64,000 bases of DNA from an uncultured bacterium (lineage in GTDB: Bacteria > Patescibacteriota > Saccharimonadia > UBA4664). The notes beneath the pieces were generated by a model. It made no database searches, was not told where the DNA came from, and saw only the letters and a list, made by a program, of their open reading frames with translations. Positions 26,491 to 34,495 of this stretch are shown here, one piece after another. Both the position numbers and the translations under genes were made by a program. Numbering within the stretch: the stretch's first letter is position 1; each line of letters starts with the position of its first letter. The stretch is from positions 33,350 through 97,349 of the forward strand of contig CAVUEQ010000003.1 in NCBI GenBank assembly GCA_963740635.1. Reading direction: 5' to 3'.

Positions 26491-26919
26491 GTGGATTCAA
26501 ACGCAAGCAATATCAAAGGCTCGGTGTGGACCGCTTGGGTGACGGCGCTAGCGGCGTCATCGGCCAGTGTGTACTTCATTGAGATTGCGCATAAGCCGGC
26601 GGCCACCCTGTGTTGGGTCGACCGGATGCTGATGTTTGGCTTGTTTTTGATCCTAACTGCCGGCATCGTGATGCGAGACCGCGCGGTCTGGCGCTACACG
26701 GTGCCGTTTTTGGCCATTGGCATACCAGTTTCTGCCTACCAGCAGCTGGTGCATTGGGACATAATCCACGTGGTACCGCAGGTGTGCAGCGTGAGCTACG
26801 TGTGCACCACCAAGTTTTTTAACCTGTTTGGATTTATCACGCAGGCCACTTTGTGCCTGACGGCGTTTGTGGTGGTGGCTGTGTGTATGTGGTGGCTCAG
26901 CTCTCGAGATCTGCGCTAA
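26491..26919 (+). CDS. DsbB/BdbC-like membrane protein with a degenerate first CxxC
   Basis: 142 aa with 4 TM segments. KPAATLCWVDRMLMF stands where BdbC-type proteins have PCxLCWYQR. The second Cys pair CSVSYVC is present. Confidence 0.55.
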   Translation: MDSNASNIKGSVWTAWVTALAASSASVYFIEIAHKPAATLCWVDRMLMFGLFLILTAGIVMRDRAVWRYTVPFLAIGIPVSAYQQLVHWDIIHVVPQVCSVSYVCTTKFFNLFGFITQATLCLTAFVVVAVCMWWLSSRDLR

Positions 26920-27181
26920 TAATTGCAGCTGCCGGCGGTATGTTAACCTGTTGCCGGCGGTTCTGGTGCTTGTTCAAAGCAACGGTGAACCAAATAGGAG
27001 GCAGGCAGATGAGCCCGAGCGCCAAACCGCCGGCGGTGCGGTGACGCGGCCCGGGAGCTGAAACCCCATGAGCCAATTTGGCCGGTGCTCCCGCGATCTG
27101 CTCATCAGACTTGCCTCCTCGCCCCATTTGTATCAGGCTCAGACATGCGTTGTCAGTGACCAAGGTCACGGAAATTGCGAT

Positions 27182-27886
27182 TTAGATGCTGGCGCCGACG
27201 AGGTGGCCGATGAGCGCCGTGACGGCCATGGCCAGCCCGCCGCCGATCAGCACGCGCAGGGCGGCCCGCACCCGGTGGGCGCCGCCGAGGTAGGCGCCGA
27301 TGCTGCCGGAAATGGCCAGTGCTGAAAGCGAGAGCGCGACTATCCAAAAGCCGCTGTTGCCGGGGATGAGGGCGGCCAGGATGGGCACGACGCCGCCGGC
27401 CGAAAAGGTGAGCGCGGACACCAGAGAGGCTTGCACCGGGTTGGCCAGAGCGTCGTGGTCGATGCCGAGCTCGTCGCGGACGTGGGCGCCGACGGCGTCG
27501 CGGTCGTGCAGCTGGCGGGCGACCTCGAGGGCCAGTTTTTGGTCCAGGCCGCGGCTTTCGTAAATGCCCGCCAGCTCGGCCAGTTCGGCCTCCGGGTTGG
27601 CCTCCAGCGAGCGCGTTTCGATGTCGATATCGGCTTTTTCGGCGTCTTTTTGTGAGCTCACCGACACGTATTCGCCGGCGGCCATCGACAGCGCGCCCGC
27701 CGCCAGGCCGGCAATGCCCGCCGTCAGGATGGCCCGCGGGCCGGTGCCGGCCGCCAGCACGCCCAGCATCAGGGCCGAGGTGGACACGATGCCGTCGTCG
27801 GCCCCCAGCACGGCCGCGCGCAGCCAGGCCGCGCGGTGCGAGCGGTGTTCTTCTTCAGGATGGGGCGTGGGAGCGGCTTCTTTCAC
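27182..27886 (-). CDS. VIT1/CCC1 family iron/manganese transporter
   Basis: 234 aa with the AAWLRAAVLGADDGIVSTSALMLGV signature. Confidence 0.85.
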   Translation of the reverse strand: MKEAAPTPHPEEEHRSHRAAWLRAAVLGADDGIVSTSALMLGVLAAGTGPRAILTAGIAGLAAGALSMAAGEYVSVSSQKDAEKADIDIETRSLEANPEAELAELAGIYESRGLDQKLALEVARQLHDRDAVGAHVRDELGIDHDALANPVQASLVSALTFSAGGVVPILAALIPGNSGFWIVALSLSALAISGSIGAYLGGAHRVRAALRVLIGGGLAMAVTALIGHLVGASI

Positions 27887-28093
27887 TGGTTACAGTATAC
27901 AGCCGGGGCCGACAGCCGTGGCGGGCGCTGGGCGGCTCGCTCCGGACCTCTACAATCCTTCAGCTTTGACTGCGGACAGCAGTTGCGGGCCTACAGCCCG
28001 GACCAGCACCGTCGCCCAGGTGCGGAACGGCTGCCAGTTTTCGGCAATCGCTTCGAGCTCTCCGGTAGTTGGCAACCCCGGCAGATTATACAG

Positions 28094-28527
28094 CTGCCAA
28101 ATAAGACCATTTACGTATCAAGGGAAGACCAAGCCGTTTATGAGCGGGCTCAAAAACTAGCCGGAGACAACCTTTCGGCGGTGTTGGTGCGGGCACGAAG
28201 GGCTTTGCGCAGGAGAAGCGGTTTAACGGCCGTTTGCTCATTAAGTGGCAGGGCGCCGGCGATAATAATGACTGGTACACGGCCCGGGTTTTTAAGACGG
28301 CCAAGAATCAATGGGCGGTGGAGATCACCAAACAACCCAATTTCGAGGTATTTCGTCAGCGCGACTTTTGGCGGACGGCAGATTACTTTGACTATACACC
28401 AGACACCCAGCTCGTCGTATTCGCGTCATTGGAAGAGGCCGACGGCAAGCTGCCAAGTGCGCTGCTCAAGCTCATGCACCAGGCGCAAAACCGCGACGAA
28501 GCGCCGGTGGAATATTTAGATATTTAA
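28094..28527 (+). pseudogene. EXLDI-family protein gene, apparently frameshifted and lacking an ATG start
   Basis: The N-terminal part (L)PNKTIYVSREDQAVYERAQKLAGDNLSAVLVRA is in frame 2. The C-terminal part KRFNGRLLIKWQGAG...APVEYLDI-stop is in frame 1. The switch lies around 28185-28235, and a CTG stands where the family has Met. Confidence 0.55.
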
Positions 28528-28542
28528 TTTGAAGGAGTAATA

Positions 28543-28737
28543 ATGTCAAATGATCATCAACCTACAAACCCGTTTAAGGACTACGAGTCCGGTGGGATCG
28601 CACTGGCCGGCTGTTTTATGGTCGGCCTGGGCGCCGGGCTGTTCTACCGGCCGTTGTGGCTTGGCTTGCTGGCGGGCGGCGTTATCGGCATGGGCGTGGG
28701 CCTGCTCGCTATGGCCTGGATGAGCCGCGACCGGTAG
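28543..28737 (+). CDS. Small two-TM membrane protein
   Basis: 64 aa with GAAGGAG upstream of the ATG. Confidence 0.6.
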   Translation: MSNDHQPTNPFKDYESGGIALAGCFMVGLGAGLFYRPLWLGLLAGGVIGMGVGLLAMAWMSRDR

Positions 28738-28758
28738 CGAAACGCACCGGTAGGGACG

Positions 28759-28778
28759 CGAGGCCGAAATGGGCCTCG
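28759..28778 (+). terminator. Hairpin terminator candidate
   Basis: CGAGGCC-GAAATG-GGCCTCG followed by TTTGG. Confidence 0.45.
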
Positions 28779-28816
28779 TTTGGCCATGTTTTGTGGCTCG
28801 ATTAAGCCAATAATCC

Positions 28817-28826
28817 CTGGGGCGAG
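28817..28826. repeat. Direct repeat of the tRNA-His 3' end (att-like)
   Basis: CTGGGGCGAG is identical to 29989-29998, the 3'-terminal nucleotides of the minus-strand tRNA-His. The next ~20 nt (CTAGGATTCAAGTTTCGAAC) look like a degenerate T-arm. Confidence 0.6.
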
Positions 28827-28865
28827 CTAGGATTCAAGTTTCGAACGGAGTGTTACATAGGACGC

Positions 28866-29414
28866 CTAGTCCCTTGGTGGCTTCCAAAACCTGTATTTGC
28901 TGTTTTGGGCTACAATCAGCTGCTCTAGCCTGCTCCAATCCTGCCGAGCATTACCATCATCAAACATGGCATCAATATCCCAGGGGCTCAGGCCGGCGTA
29001 TAATCCCGCGAGTAAGTATCTTACGCCTTGATTGTCGTGAGGCGTGAACTTAAGGAGTAATTTGTAAAGCCGCTCAGCATCCTCGACTTCTCCTTCGATA
29101 TGATGGAGCGCCGCTTTATAGCAGATGGCTCGCAGATAGGGCCGATTTTCGATTATCCCCCAGTCCAATTGCCTGGGCCAGCGCGGAAAGCGCTGAATGG
29201 TTTTATCGTAGCCCGATTCTGTGTATTGGCGGACACCGTCAAAATACCCTGCAGCCTGATTAACGGCAACTAGCCCAACGTGTGTGGCAACAAAATCTTC
29301 GTTGAGAGCCAGCGCTTTTTGCAGATACTCCTCGGCCCCTGGCAGATTGCCATCCGATAGCAACTCCATTGCGTCATAATAGTAGTCTTCTAATCGAGCT
29401 TTCTTTGATGTCAT
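28866..29414 (-). CDS. TPR-like repeat protein, hypothetical
   Basis: 182 aa. EEYLQKALALNEDF...AERLYKLLLKF resembles TPR helices. The region is visibly lower in GC. Confidence 0.55.
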   Translation of the reverse strand: MTSKKARLEDYYYDAMELLSDGNLPGAEEYLQKALALNEDFVATHVGLVAVNQAAGYFDGVRQYTESGYDKTIQRFPRWPRQLDWGIIENRPYLRAICYKAALHHIEGEVEDAERLYKLLLKFTPHDNQGVRYLLAGLYAGLSPWDIDAMFDDGNARQDWSRLEQLIVAQNSKYRFWKPPRD

Positions 29415-29423
29415 ATCACGATA

Positions 29424-29651
29424 TTACCGTTTTGAAAGGAATTCTTCTGGCGAGAGGTTAATGTCTTTGCAAATCTGACGAAGGAGCAACGGCGATAGAT
29501 CTCGTGAGCCGTGCACGGGAACGGTGGTGGCACGGCCATCTGAATGGCGGAATTGCTGATGCGAGCCTTTTTGACGCGCTAATGTGAACCCGTGTTTCTC
29601 GAGCAAAGCGACTACTTCCTTGGGTTTGAGGACGGGGAGGTTACCGCCCAC
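29424..29651 (-). CDS. hicA: HicA-family mRNA interferase toxin
   Basis: 75 aa. LKPKEVVALLEKHGFTLARQKGSHQQFRHSDGRATTVPVHGSRDL is the HicA/YcfA signature. Confidence 0.85.
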   Translation of the reverse strand: MGGNLPVLKPKEVVALLEKHGFTLARQKGSHQQFRHSDGRATTVPVHGSRDLSPLLLRQICKDINLSPEEFLSKR

Positions 29652-29653
29652 GT

Positions 29654-29872
29654 TCAGGCAACTACCAGCTGAGTCCCCACAAACTCGGATTCGGGCTTGG
29701 GTAGATCACCATCCTCTAGGACAAGCTCGACCACCTCTTTGAGATTGTCTTGCAATTCCTCAAGAGTTTCAGCCTGTGTGTGAGCACCCGGCAGATCAGG
29801 AACGTAAGCAACGTAAAGACCGGTCGCGGTGTCGCGCTCGATTACAGCGGTGTAGGTGTGGTGGTCTTTCAT
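29654..29872 (-). CDS. hicB: HicB-family antitoxin (short form without a DNA-binding domain)
   Basis: 72 aa. YTAVIERDTATGLYVAYVPDLPGAHTQAETLEELQDNLKEVVEL is typical of the HicB/UPF0150 fold. Confidence 0.8.
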   Translation of the reverse strand: MKDHHTYTAVIERDTATGLYVAYVPDLPGAHTQAETLEELQDNLKEVVELVLEDGDLPKPESEFVGTQLVVA

Positions 29873-29989
29873 AATCGTATTTTAACATTTCCTGGTTGTC
29901 AGTTCTAAACAAGTTCAAAAGTGATTAGTGGGTTCGACGGGTTATAACATAATAATGACTCTGTGAAGCCATTATTTCTATAATTACAC

Positions 29990-30068
29990 TGGGGCGAGTA
30001 GTGGGACTTGAACCCACGACCTACTGGACCACAACCAGTCGCTCTAACCAAACTGAGCTATACCCGCC
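29990..30068 (-). tRNA. tRNA-His (anticodon GTG) with encoded G-1
   Basis: The reverse complement is G-GCGGGTA...ACTGG-TTGTGGT-CCAGT...GTGGG-TTCAAGT-CCCAC-TACTCGC-C-CCA. The extra 5' G lies opposite C73. Confidence 0.9.
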
Positions 30069-30143
30069 ATATGGTTATTCAATTTTTGACCCTAGTACTT
30101 TACCCTATTTTAACCTGCAAATCCACCCTTTCTAGGCAGCAGG

Positions 30144-33100
30144 CTACCCGGTCCAGTGGGAGAGGAGGATGCTGAGGTCGAAGACGTTGGTGGTGCCGTC
30201 GGAGTTGAGGTCGGAGGAGCCGGACTGGCCCCAGTGAGAAAGCATGATGGAGAGGTCGAAGACATTGACGTGGCCGTCGGAGTTGAGGTCGGCCGAGCCG
30301 CTTGGAGACGGCGTGGGGGTCGGCGTGGGCGTGGGGGTGGGGGTCGGCTGGCCGGCGCCCGCAGCGTAGGCCTCGATGGCGTAGACGGTGGTTTGGCCCG
30401 ACCACAAGTCGTTGTTGGTGCGGAAATCGGCGGGCCAGAAGGTGGGCGGCAGGCCGTCGCCGTAGCCGGAATAGTTGACGGCGAGGTTGTTTAGCCGGAT
30501 GCGTTTGACGGTCTGAGCCGGAAACGACACGAGGTTGTTGTGGGCGTAGAACTGGTCGCGGACCTGGGCCACGGTGGTGAAGGTGCCGGTGCCGGGGTCC
30601 ACTTCGACGTCGTAGTTGCGCAGGCCGGTTTGGACTGAGCCAATGCCTTGGCTGGATACGTAAACCCGGTCGATATTTTGGGGGGCGCTGAGCGTAACAG
30701 TGATATTAGGGGCGGTGTCGGAGAGGGCGGCGAACCACAGCGAGCTGGAGCTGGTGTCGCAGTTGTTGCCGTTGCCCTGCATGTCGCCGATGCCGTCGAT
30801 GACCTTGCTGGCCGGCAGCGTGAACGAGCCGCAATTCCACGACGAGCTGGCGGCGGCGGTGGCGCCTGAGGTGGTGGCGGCGTAGTTGGTGCCGAAGGTC
30901 TCGGCGGGTGCGACGGTGAGGGTCTGGCCCGAGGGTACGGCGACGTACTGGACGGAGCCGGTGAGCGAGATGGCGGAGCCGCTAGCCGGCGCGGAGGCGG
31001 CGCCCCATTCGTCGGTGACGGGGAGGCTACCGCCGCCCGAGAGGCTGAGCTGGGCGTCCACGGCGTAATCATCGGACCACACGGCCACCACACTGCCGGG
31101 GTCGCTGCCGCTCGGGCCATACTGAGCGGCGTAGGTGTGGGGGATGTTGGTGGTGAGCCAGCTTTGGAAACTGCGGCCGCCGAGGTGCTGCTGGAAGACG
31201 CTGGAGGCCAGGCCCGCGGGCGTCAAGTTCGTACCCAGAAGCGCCCAGGTGGCGCCGTCCACCTGGTAGCCGCCGTCGTTATAAAAGTTGGCGTACCGGT
31301 CGAGGCCGATGGATTGTTGCAGGATCTCTTTGCGGATGAGTTTGTCGCCCTGGGTGTAGGTGTTGTTGGTGCCGTTGCTCCAATAGCCGCTTTCACTGTT
31401 AAATATCGGCCCGTTGTAGCCCTGGCTGCTCAGATATTGCTGCAATTGCTGCAACGCGCCCACGCGGCCGTTGGCATACGGCGGGGGGATGATCTGGCCC
31501 TCTTCTTCCACCGAGCGGTTGTGGCCGGTGTAGGGGTGGCTGCCCACGATGTCCAGGTATTGCAGCCCACCCGCCGCCACGAGCGCCTGCCAGTAGCCCT
31601 GCGAAACACCGACAAACGTGCCGCCAACCACCTTGTCGCCGGCAGTGGCGGCTTTGACGCCCTGGTAACAGGGCTTGAGGATATTGTTGACGTAATTCGC
31701 CGTGCCGCTGTAGGTGTTGTTGGGTTCGTTCCAGCACTCCCAATATGTGACCTGCGGGTAATGTGCGGCCATCAGCTGGACCAGCCGCTGCCATTGGCCG
31801 CTGGTGTCAGCGTTATGGTCAAACGTCGTGCCGGTACCAAGCTGGATCTCGTAAGTGACGCCGAGCTGTCCGGCCAGCGTGGCGGCCGCCGCGATGTCCG
31901 AGTCCATGTTGGCGGGACAATTCAGGGCCGTACCTGCGTCCGGGGTAGTCACGCCCGGGAAACAGGCGGTGAGGTTGTAGGAGCTGCGGAAGAGTTTTTG
32001 GTTAAACTGGGCAGCCAGCTTGATGCCGCGCGATTCGCCGCCGGGCAGCGCGGATAGATTGAGCGTGGAGCCGGCCGCGCCGACGGTGTAACCCAGGCAG
32101 TCGGCGCCGACGGTGGTGCCGTTTTTTTGCAGCGTGACATTGACTTCGTAATAGCCGGGCGATGTGGCCGGTAGCGTGATTGGCACGCTGGCAAAGCCGC
32201 CGGAGTAGCTGCCGGCGGTGGCGGGTACGCTAAAGCTATTGGCCGAGACAGTCTGATTGGCTTTGACCTGCTGGATGGAGCGCACGGTGTAGCTGCCGGT
32301 GTAATTGCCGGCGACGTTTTGCCACCAGGGCGAAAATTGCAGGTTGACTTGCGGCGTATTGCCGGAGGGGAAGTAGTTGCCGGTGGCTGGGGTAGACAAG
32401 GCCGCACCCATGCCCAGGTGATACGGCGCGCCTTGGGGCGCCTGGTACAGTATCTGGGCGTTGGCGGTGGTGAAATATGTTAACTTATTGGGCGAGCTGA
32501 AGGGATTTTCGGCCGAATAGTAAATGCGGCCACCAACAGTCTCGATATCGCCGAGTGAATTGAGATAATCCAGCGGATCGCCGGCAAAGGTATCGGCGCC
32601 AACGACACCGAGCAGTACGCCGGTGGGGTCGAAGAAGTCCATATTGCGGTGGGCGAAGTCCGATACCACGATAGTGCCGTCGGCCAGCTCGTTGGCGCCA
32701 TACACCGAAACCGACCATGAGCTGTTCGCCACGCCGCTGCTGCTCATGCTGAACGTCTGGGTGGTGGCGGTGGAATTATAAATCCTGACGGCGCTGTTGG
32801 CGCCCTGGGCGTCGTAGGCGACGATATCGTTGCCGTGGGTGGTGGCGATGCTGACACCGTCGCCGCTGACGGGATTGCTGCCGAGCGAGGCTCCGGAAGT
32901 GTTAAACGTCGCGGAGCCGCCCGTGGTCAGGGTGGCTGCTACCCGGAAGACCACACTGGCGTCGATGTAACCATATACCGCCCCGTTCGGGTAACCCGCC
33001 GTGATCGCAGAGGTCCACTGCTCACCGGAGCCGTTCCAGCGGGCCATGGTGCCGTGAGAACTTTGGGCGTTATAGATGGCTACATATACGTCACCGCTCG

Positions 33101-33557
33101 ACGGGTCGACCGCGAACTCCGGTTGCAGTTGGCCGAAACTGCCGATCTCGCCGGCCGGCGGGCTGATTACGAAGTGGTTAATTTGGGTGTCGTTAGTGGC
33201 GTCATAGACATACACGTCCATAGTCTTGTCACCGTTGCTCAGTTGGTCGATGTACCAGCGGGCGTTCTGGCCGCTGCCGCCGGGCCAATACCGATAGCCC
33301 GCGATACCGGTGGTGCCGCCGGGGGTGAGCTCATTGGTGAAGGCGGGGTTGGGTTTGGCCGGGCCGGAGTATTGCTCGATGTCGCTGGCTTTGCGCTCCC
33401 CGCAGACAGGCACCGTGGGCGTGGTGAGGGGCGCGATGGAGGCGTGGCCGCCTTTGGGCGTGATTTGGAAACCGACAACGACGATGGCAGTTATCAGCAT
33501 TACGGCGAGAGAGCTGCGAAATGTTAGTTTTGGTTTGAGAAGTTGCTGCGACTCCAC
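30144..33557 (-). CDS. Large secreted multidomain protein: N-terminal anchor or signal, beta-propeller-like region, clan GH-A-like glycoside hydrolase core, discoidin (F5/8 type C)-like domain, PT linker, and two dockerin-type repeats
   Basis: 1137 aa. It has an N-terminal hydrophobic segment and the YWECWNEPNN motif typical of GH-A TIM barrels. It also has a PTPTPTPTPTPTPSPS linker and the repeats DLNSDGHVNVFDLSIMLSHWG / DLNSDGTTNVFDLSILLSHW. Confidence 0.8.
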   Translation of the reverse strand: MESQQLLKPKLTFRSSLAVMLITAIVVVGFQITPKGGHASIAPLTTPTVPVCGERKASDIEQYSGPAKPNPAFTNELTPGGTTGIAGYRYWPGGSGQNARWYIDQLSNGDKTMDVYVYDATNDTQINHFVISPPAGEIGSFGQLQPEFAVDPSSGDVYVAIYNAQSSHGTMARWNGSGEQWTSAITAGYPNGAVYGYIDASVVFRVAATLTTGGSATFNTSGASLGSNPVSGDGVSIATTHGNDIVAYDAQGANSAVRIYNSTATTQTFSMSSSGVANSSWSVSVYGANELADGTIVVSDFAHRNMDFFDPTGVLLGVVGADTFAGDPLDYLNSLGDIETVGGRIYYSAENPFSSPNKLTYFTTANAQILYQAPQGAPYHLGMGAALSTPATGNYFPSGNTPQVNLQFSPWWQNVAGNYTGSYTVRSIQQVKANQTVSANSFSVPATAGSYSGGFASVPITLPATSPGYYEVNVTLQKNGTTVGADCLGYTVGAAGSTLNLSALPGGESRGIKLAAQFNQKLFRSSYNLTACFPGVTTPDAGTALNCPANMDSDIAAAATLAGQLGVTYEIQLGTGTTFDHNADTSGQWQRLVQLMAAHYPQVTYWECWNEPNNTYSGTANYVNNILKPCYQGVKAATAGDKVVGGTFVGVSQGYWQALVAAGGLQYLDIVGSHPYTGHNRSVEEEGQIIPPPYANGRVGALQQLQQYLSSQGYNGPIFNSESGYWSNGTNNTYTQGDKLIRKEILQQSIGLDRYANFYNDGGYQVDGATWALLGTNLTPAGLASSVFQQHLGGRSFQSWLTTNIPHTYAAQYGPSGSDPGSVVAVWSDDYAVDAQLSLSGGGSLPVTDEWGAASAPASGSAISLTGSVQYVAVPSGQTLTVAPAETFGTNYAATTSGATAAASSSWNCGSFTLPASKVIDGIGDMQGNGNNCDTSSSSLWFAALSDTAPNITVTLSAPQNIDRVYVSSQGIGSVQTGLRNYDVEVDPGTGTFTTVAQVRDQFYAHNNLVSFPAQTVKRIRLNNLAVNYSGYGDGLPPTFWPADFRTNNDLWSGQTTVYAIEAYAAGAGQPTPTPTPTPTPTPSPSGSADLNSDGHVNVFDLSIMLSHWGQSGSSDLNSDGTTNVFDLSILLSHWTG

Positions 33558-33639
33558 CCGTTTACCGCACAGTTATGCGGTTATTGTAAGGGCTCTGATT
33601 TTTAAGCACAAGCTTTATTGCTTGAAGTATCACGGTAAA

Positions 33640-33669
33640 TTGACCCTGCGGGGGCCGCGCCCGTATAAT
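33640..33669 (+). promoter_or_regulatory. Near-consensus sigma-70 type promoter for tRNA-Pro
   Basis: TTGACC (33640-45), 18 nt, then TATAAT (33664-69), 15 nt upstream of the tRNA 5' end. Confidence 0.6.
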
Positions 33670-33683
33670 TGACGGGCTCGTGC

Positions 33684-33759
33684 CGGGGTGTGGCGCAGCT
33701 GGTAGCGCGCCTGCTTTGGGAGCAGGAGGCCGAAGGTTCGAGTCCTTTCACCCCGACCA
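33684..33759 (+). tRNA. tRNA-Pro (anticodon TGG)
   Basis: Acceptor CGGGGTG/CACCCCG, anticodon arm CCTGC-TTTGGGA-GCAGG, T-arm GAAGG-TTCGAGT-CCTTT, and CCA. Confidence 0.9.
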
Positions 33760-33867
33760 GTGTATTTATTTGTATTTTTTGTTTACTTTTTCTAAAAACA
33801 TGGTATCGTCTCATAAGCTGGTGGCACTTGCTACCGGTACCCGTCAGCAACGATTGGAGCTGTCATT

Positions 33868-34383
33868 ATGGCAGTCATTCAGGCTCGTGAGGTAAACGTG
33901 ACCGGCCGCCGGCAGACGTTCGTGGAGTTCCTGTTCCACCAGACGTCAGTCGACATCCTGACTCAGCCGCCGCCCGGTGACCTGCGCGGACCCCTATGGG
34001 ACCTGGCTTTGGACCATCGGGACCCACACGAGGTCGCTTCAAGAAACCGCGACGACTTGCCGGAGATCCCGGCCGAGGCCTACGGCTACGTCTACTTCGA
34101 CCGCTACGCCTTCCTCGTCACCGACGAAGGCCATCGGATCGAGTACGTGGAACCCGTACGGGGCACCCGCTCCGGCATCTACTTCCTGGGCGGAACCATC
34201 ATGTACCGCGCGCGGATCGATGCGGCAACCAGCCGGGACAGCCGGGATGACACCCTGCTGAGGATGCAGGCCCACGATTTGCTGAGGCAGATGACAGACA
34301 ACGGCTTGGGCCACATCGTCCTCACCGCCCGGGGGTCCGTGTTCAAGCCTTTCCGGGAAGGACGCGATACGCTCGTCCTCTAG
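33868..34383 (+). CDS. Hypothetical protein
   Basis: 171-aa ORF with GC3-rich codons and no recognised domain. Confidence 0.55.
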   Translation: MAVIQAREVNVTGRRQTFVEFLFHQTSVDILTQPPPGDLRGPLWDLALDHRDPHEVASRNRDDLPEIPAEAYGYVYFDRYAFLVTDEGHRIEYVEPVRGTRSGIYFLGGTIMYRARIDAATSRDSRDDTLLRMQAHDLLRQMTDNGLGHIVLTARGSVFKPFREGRDTLVL

Positions 34384-34495
34384 CCGGCCCACGCACCACA
34401 GCACGCTGACGACATCCGCCCCCTGAGGAGCACAAGCTCCAACGGGGGCGTCGTCTTGCCTTAGCGCGACGGGGGCCTCACCTGGTATTCTAGAA

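Noticed and set aside
27156-27169. The palindrome GTGACCAAGGTCAC just after the VIT transporter stop.
   Set aside because: It is too short, with a 2-nt centre, to form a hairpin. It is a single copy with no adjacent promoter context, so its significance is unclear.
30299-30352. A short tandem GGCGTGGG/GGGGTCGG periodicity that could look like a micro-repeat array.
   Set aside because: It is the coding sequence of the PTPTPTPT linker of the large secreted protein and is not a CRISPR or other non-coding array.
33760-34495. AT-rich tract and orphan gene directly downstream of tRNA-Pro as a possible integrated element.
   Set aside because: I found no repeat of the tRNA-Pro 3' end downstream, there is no integrase, and the orphan has typical GC3-rich codons.
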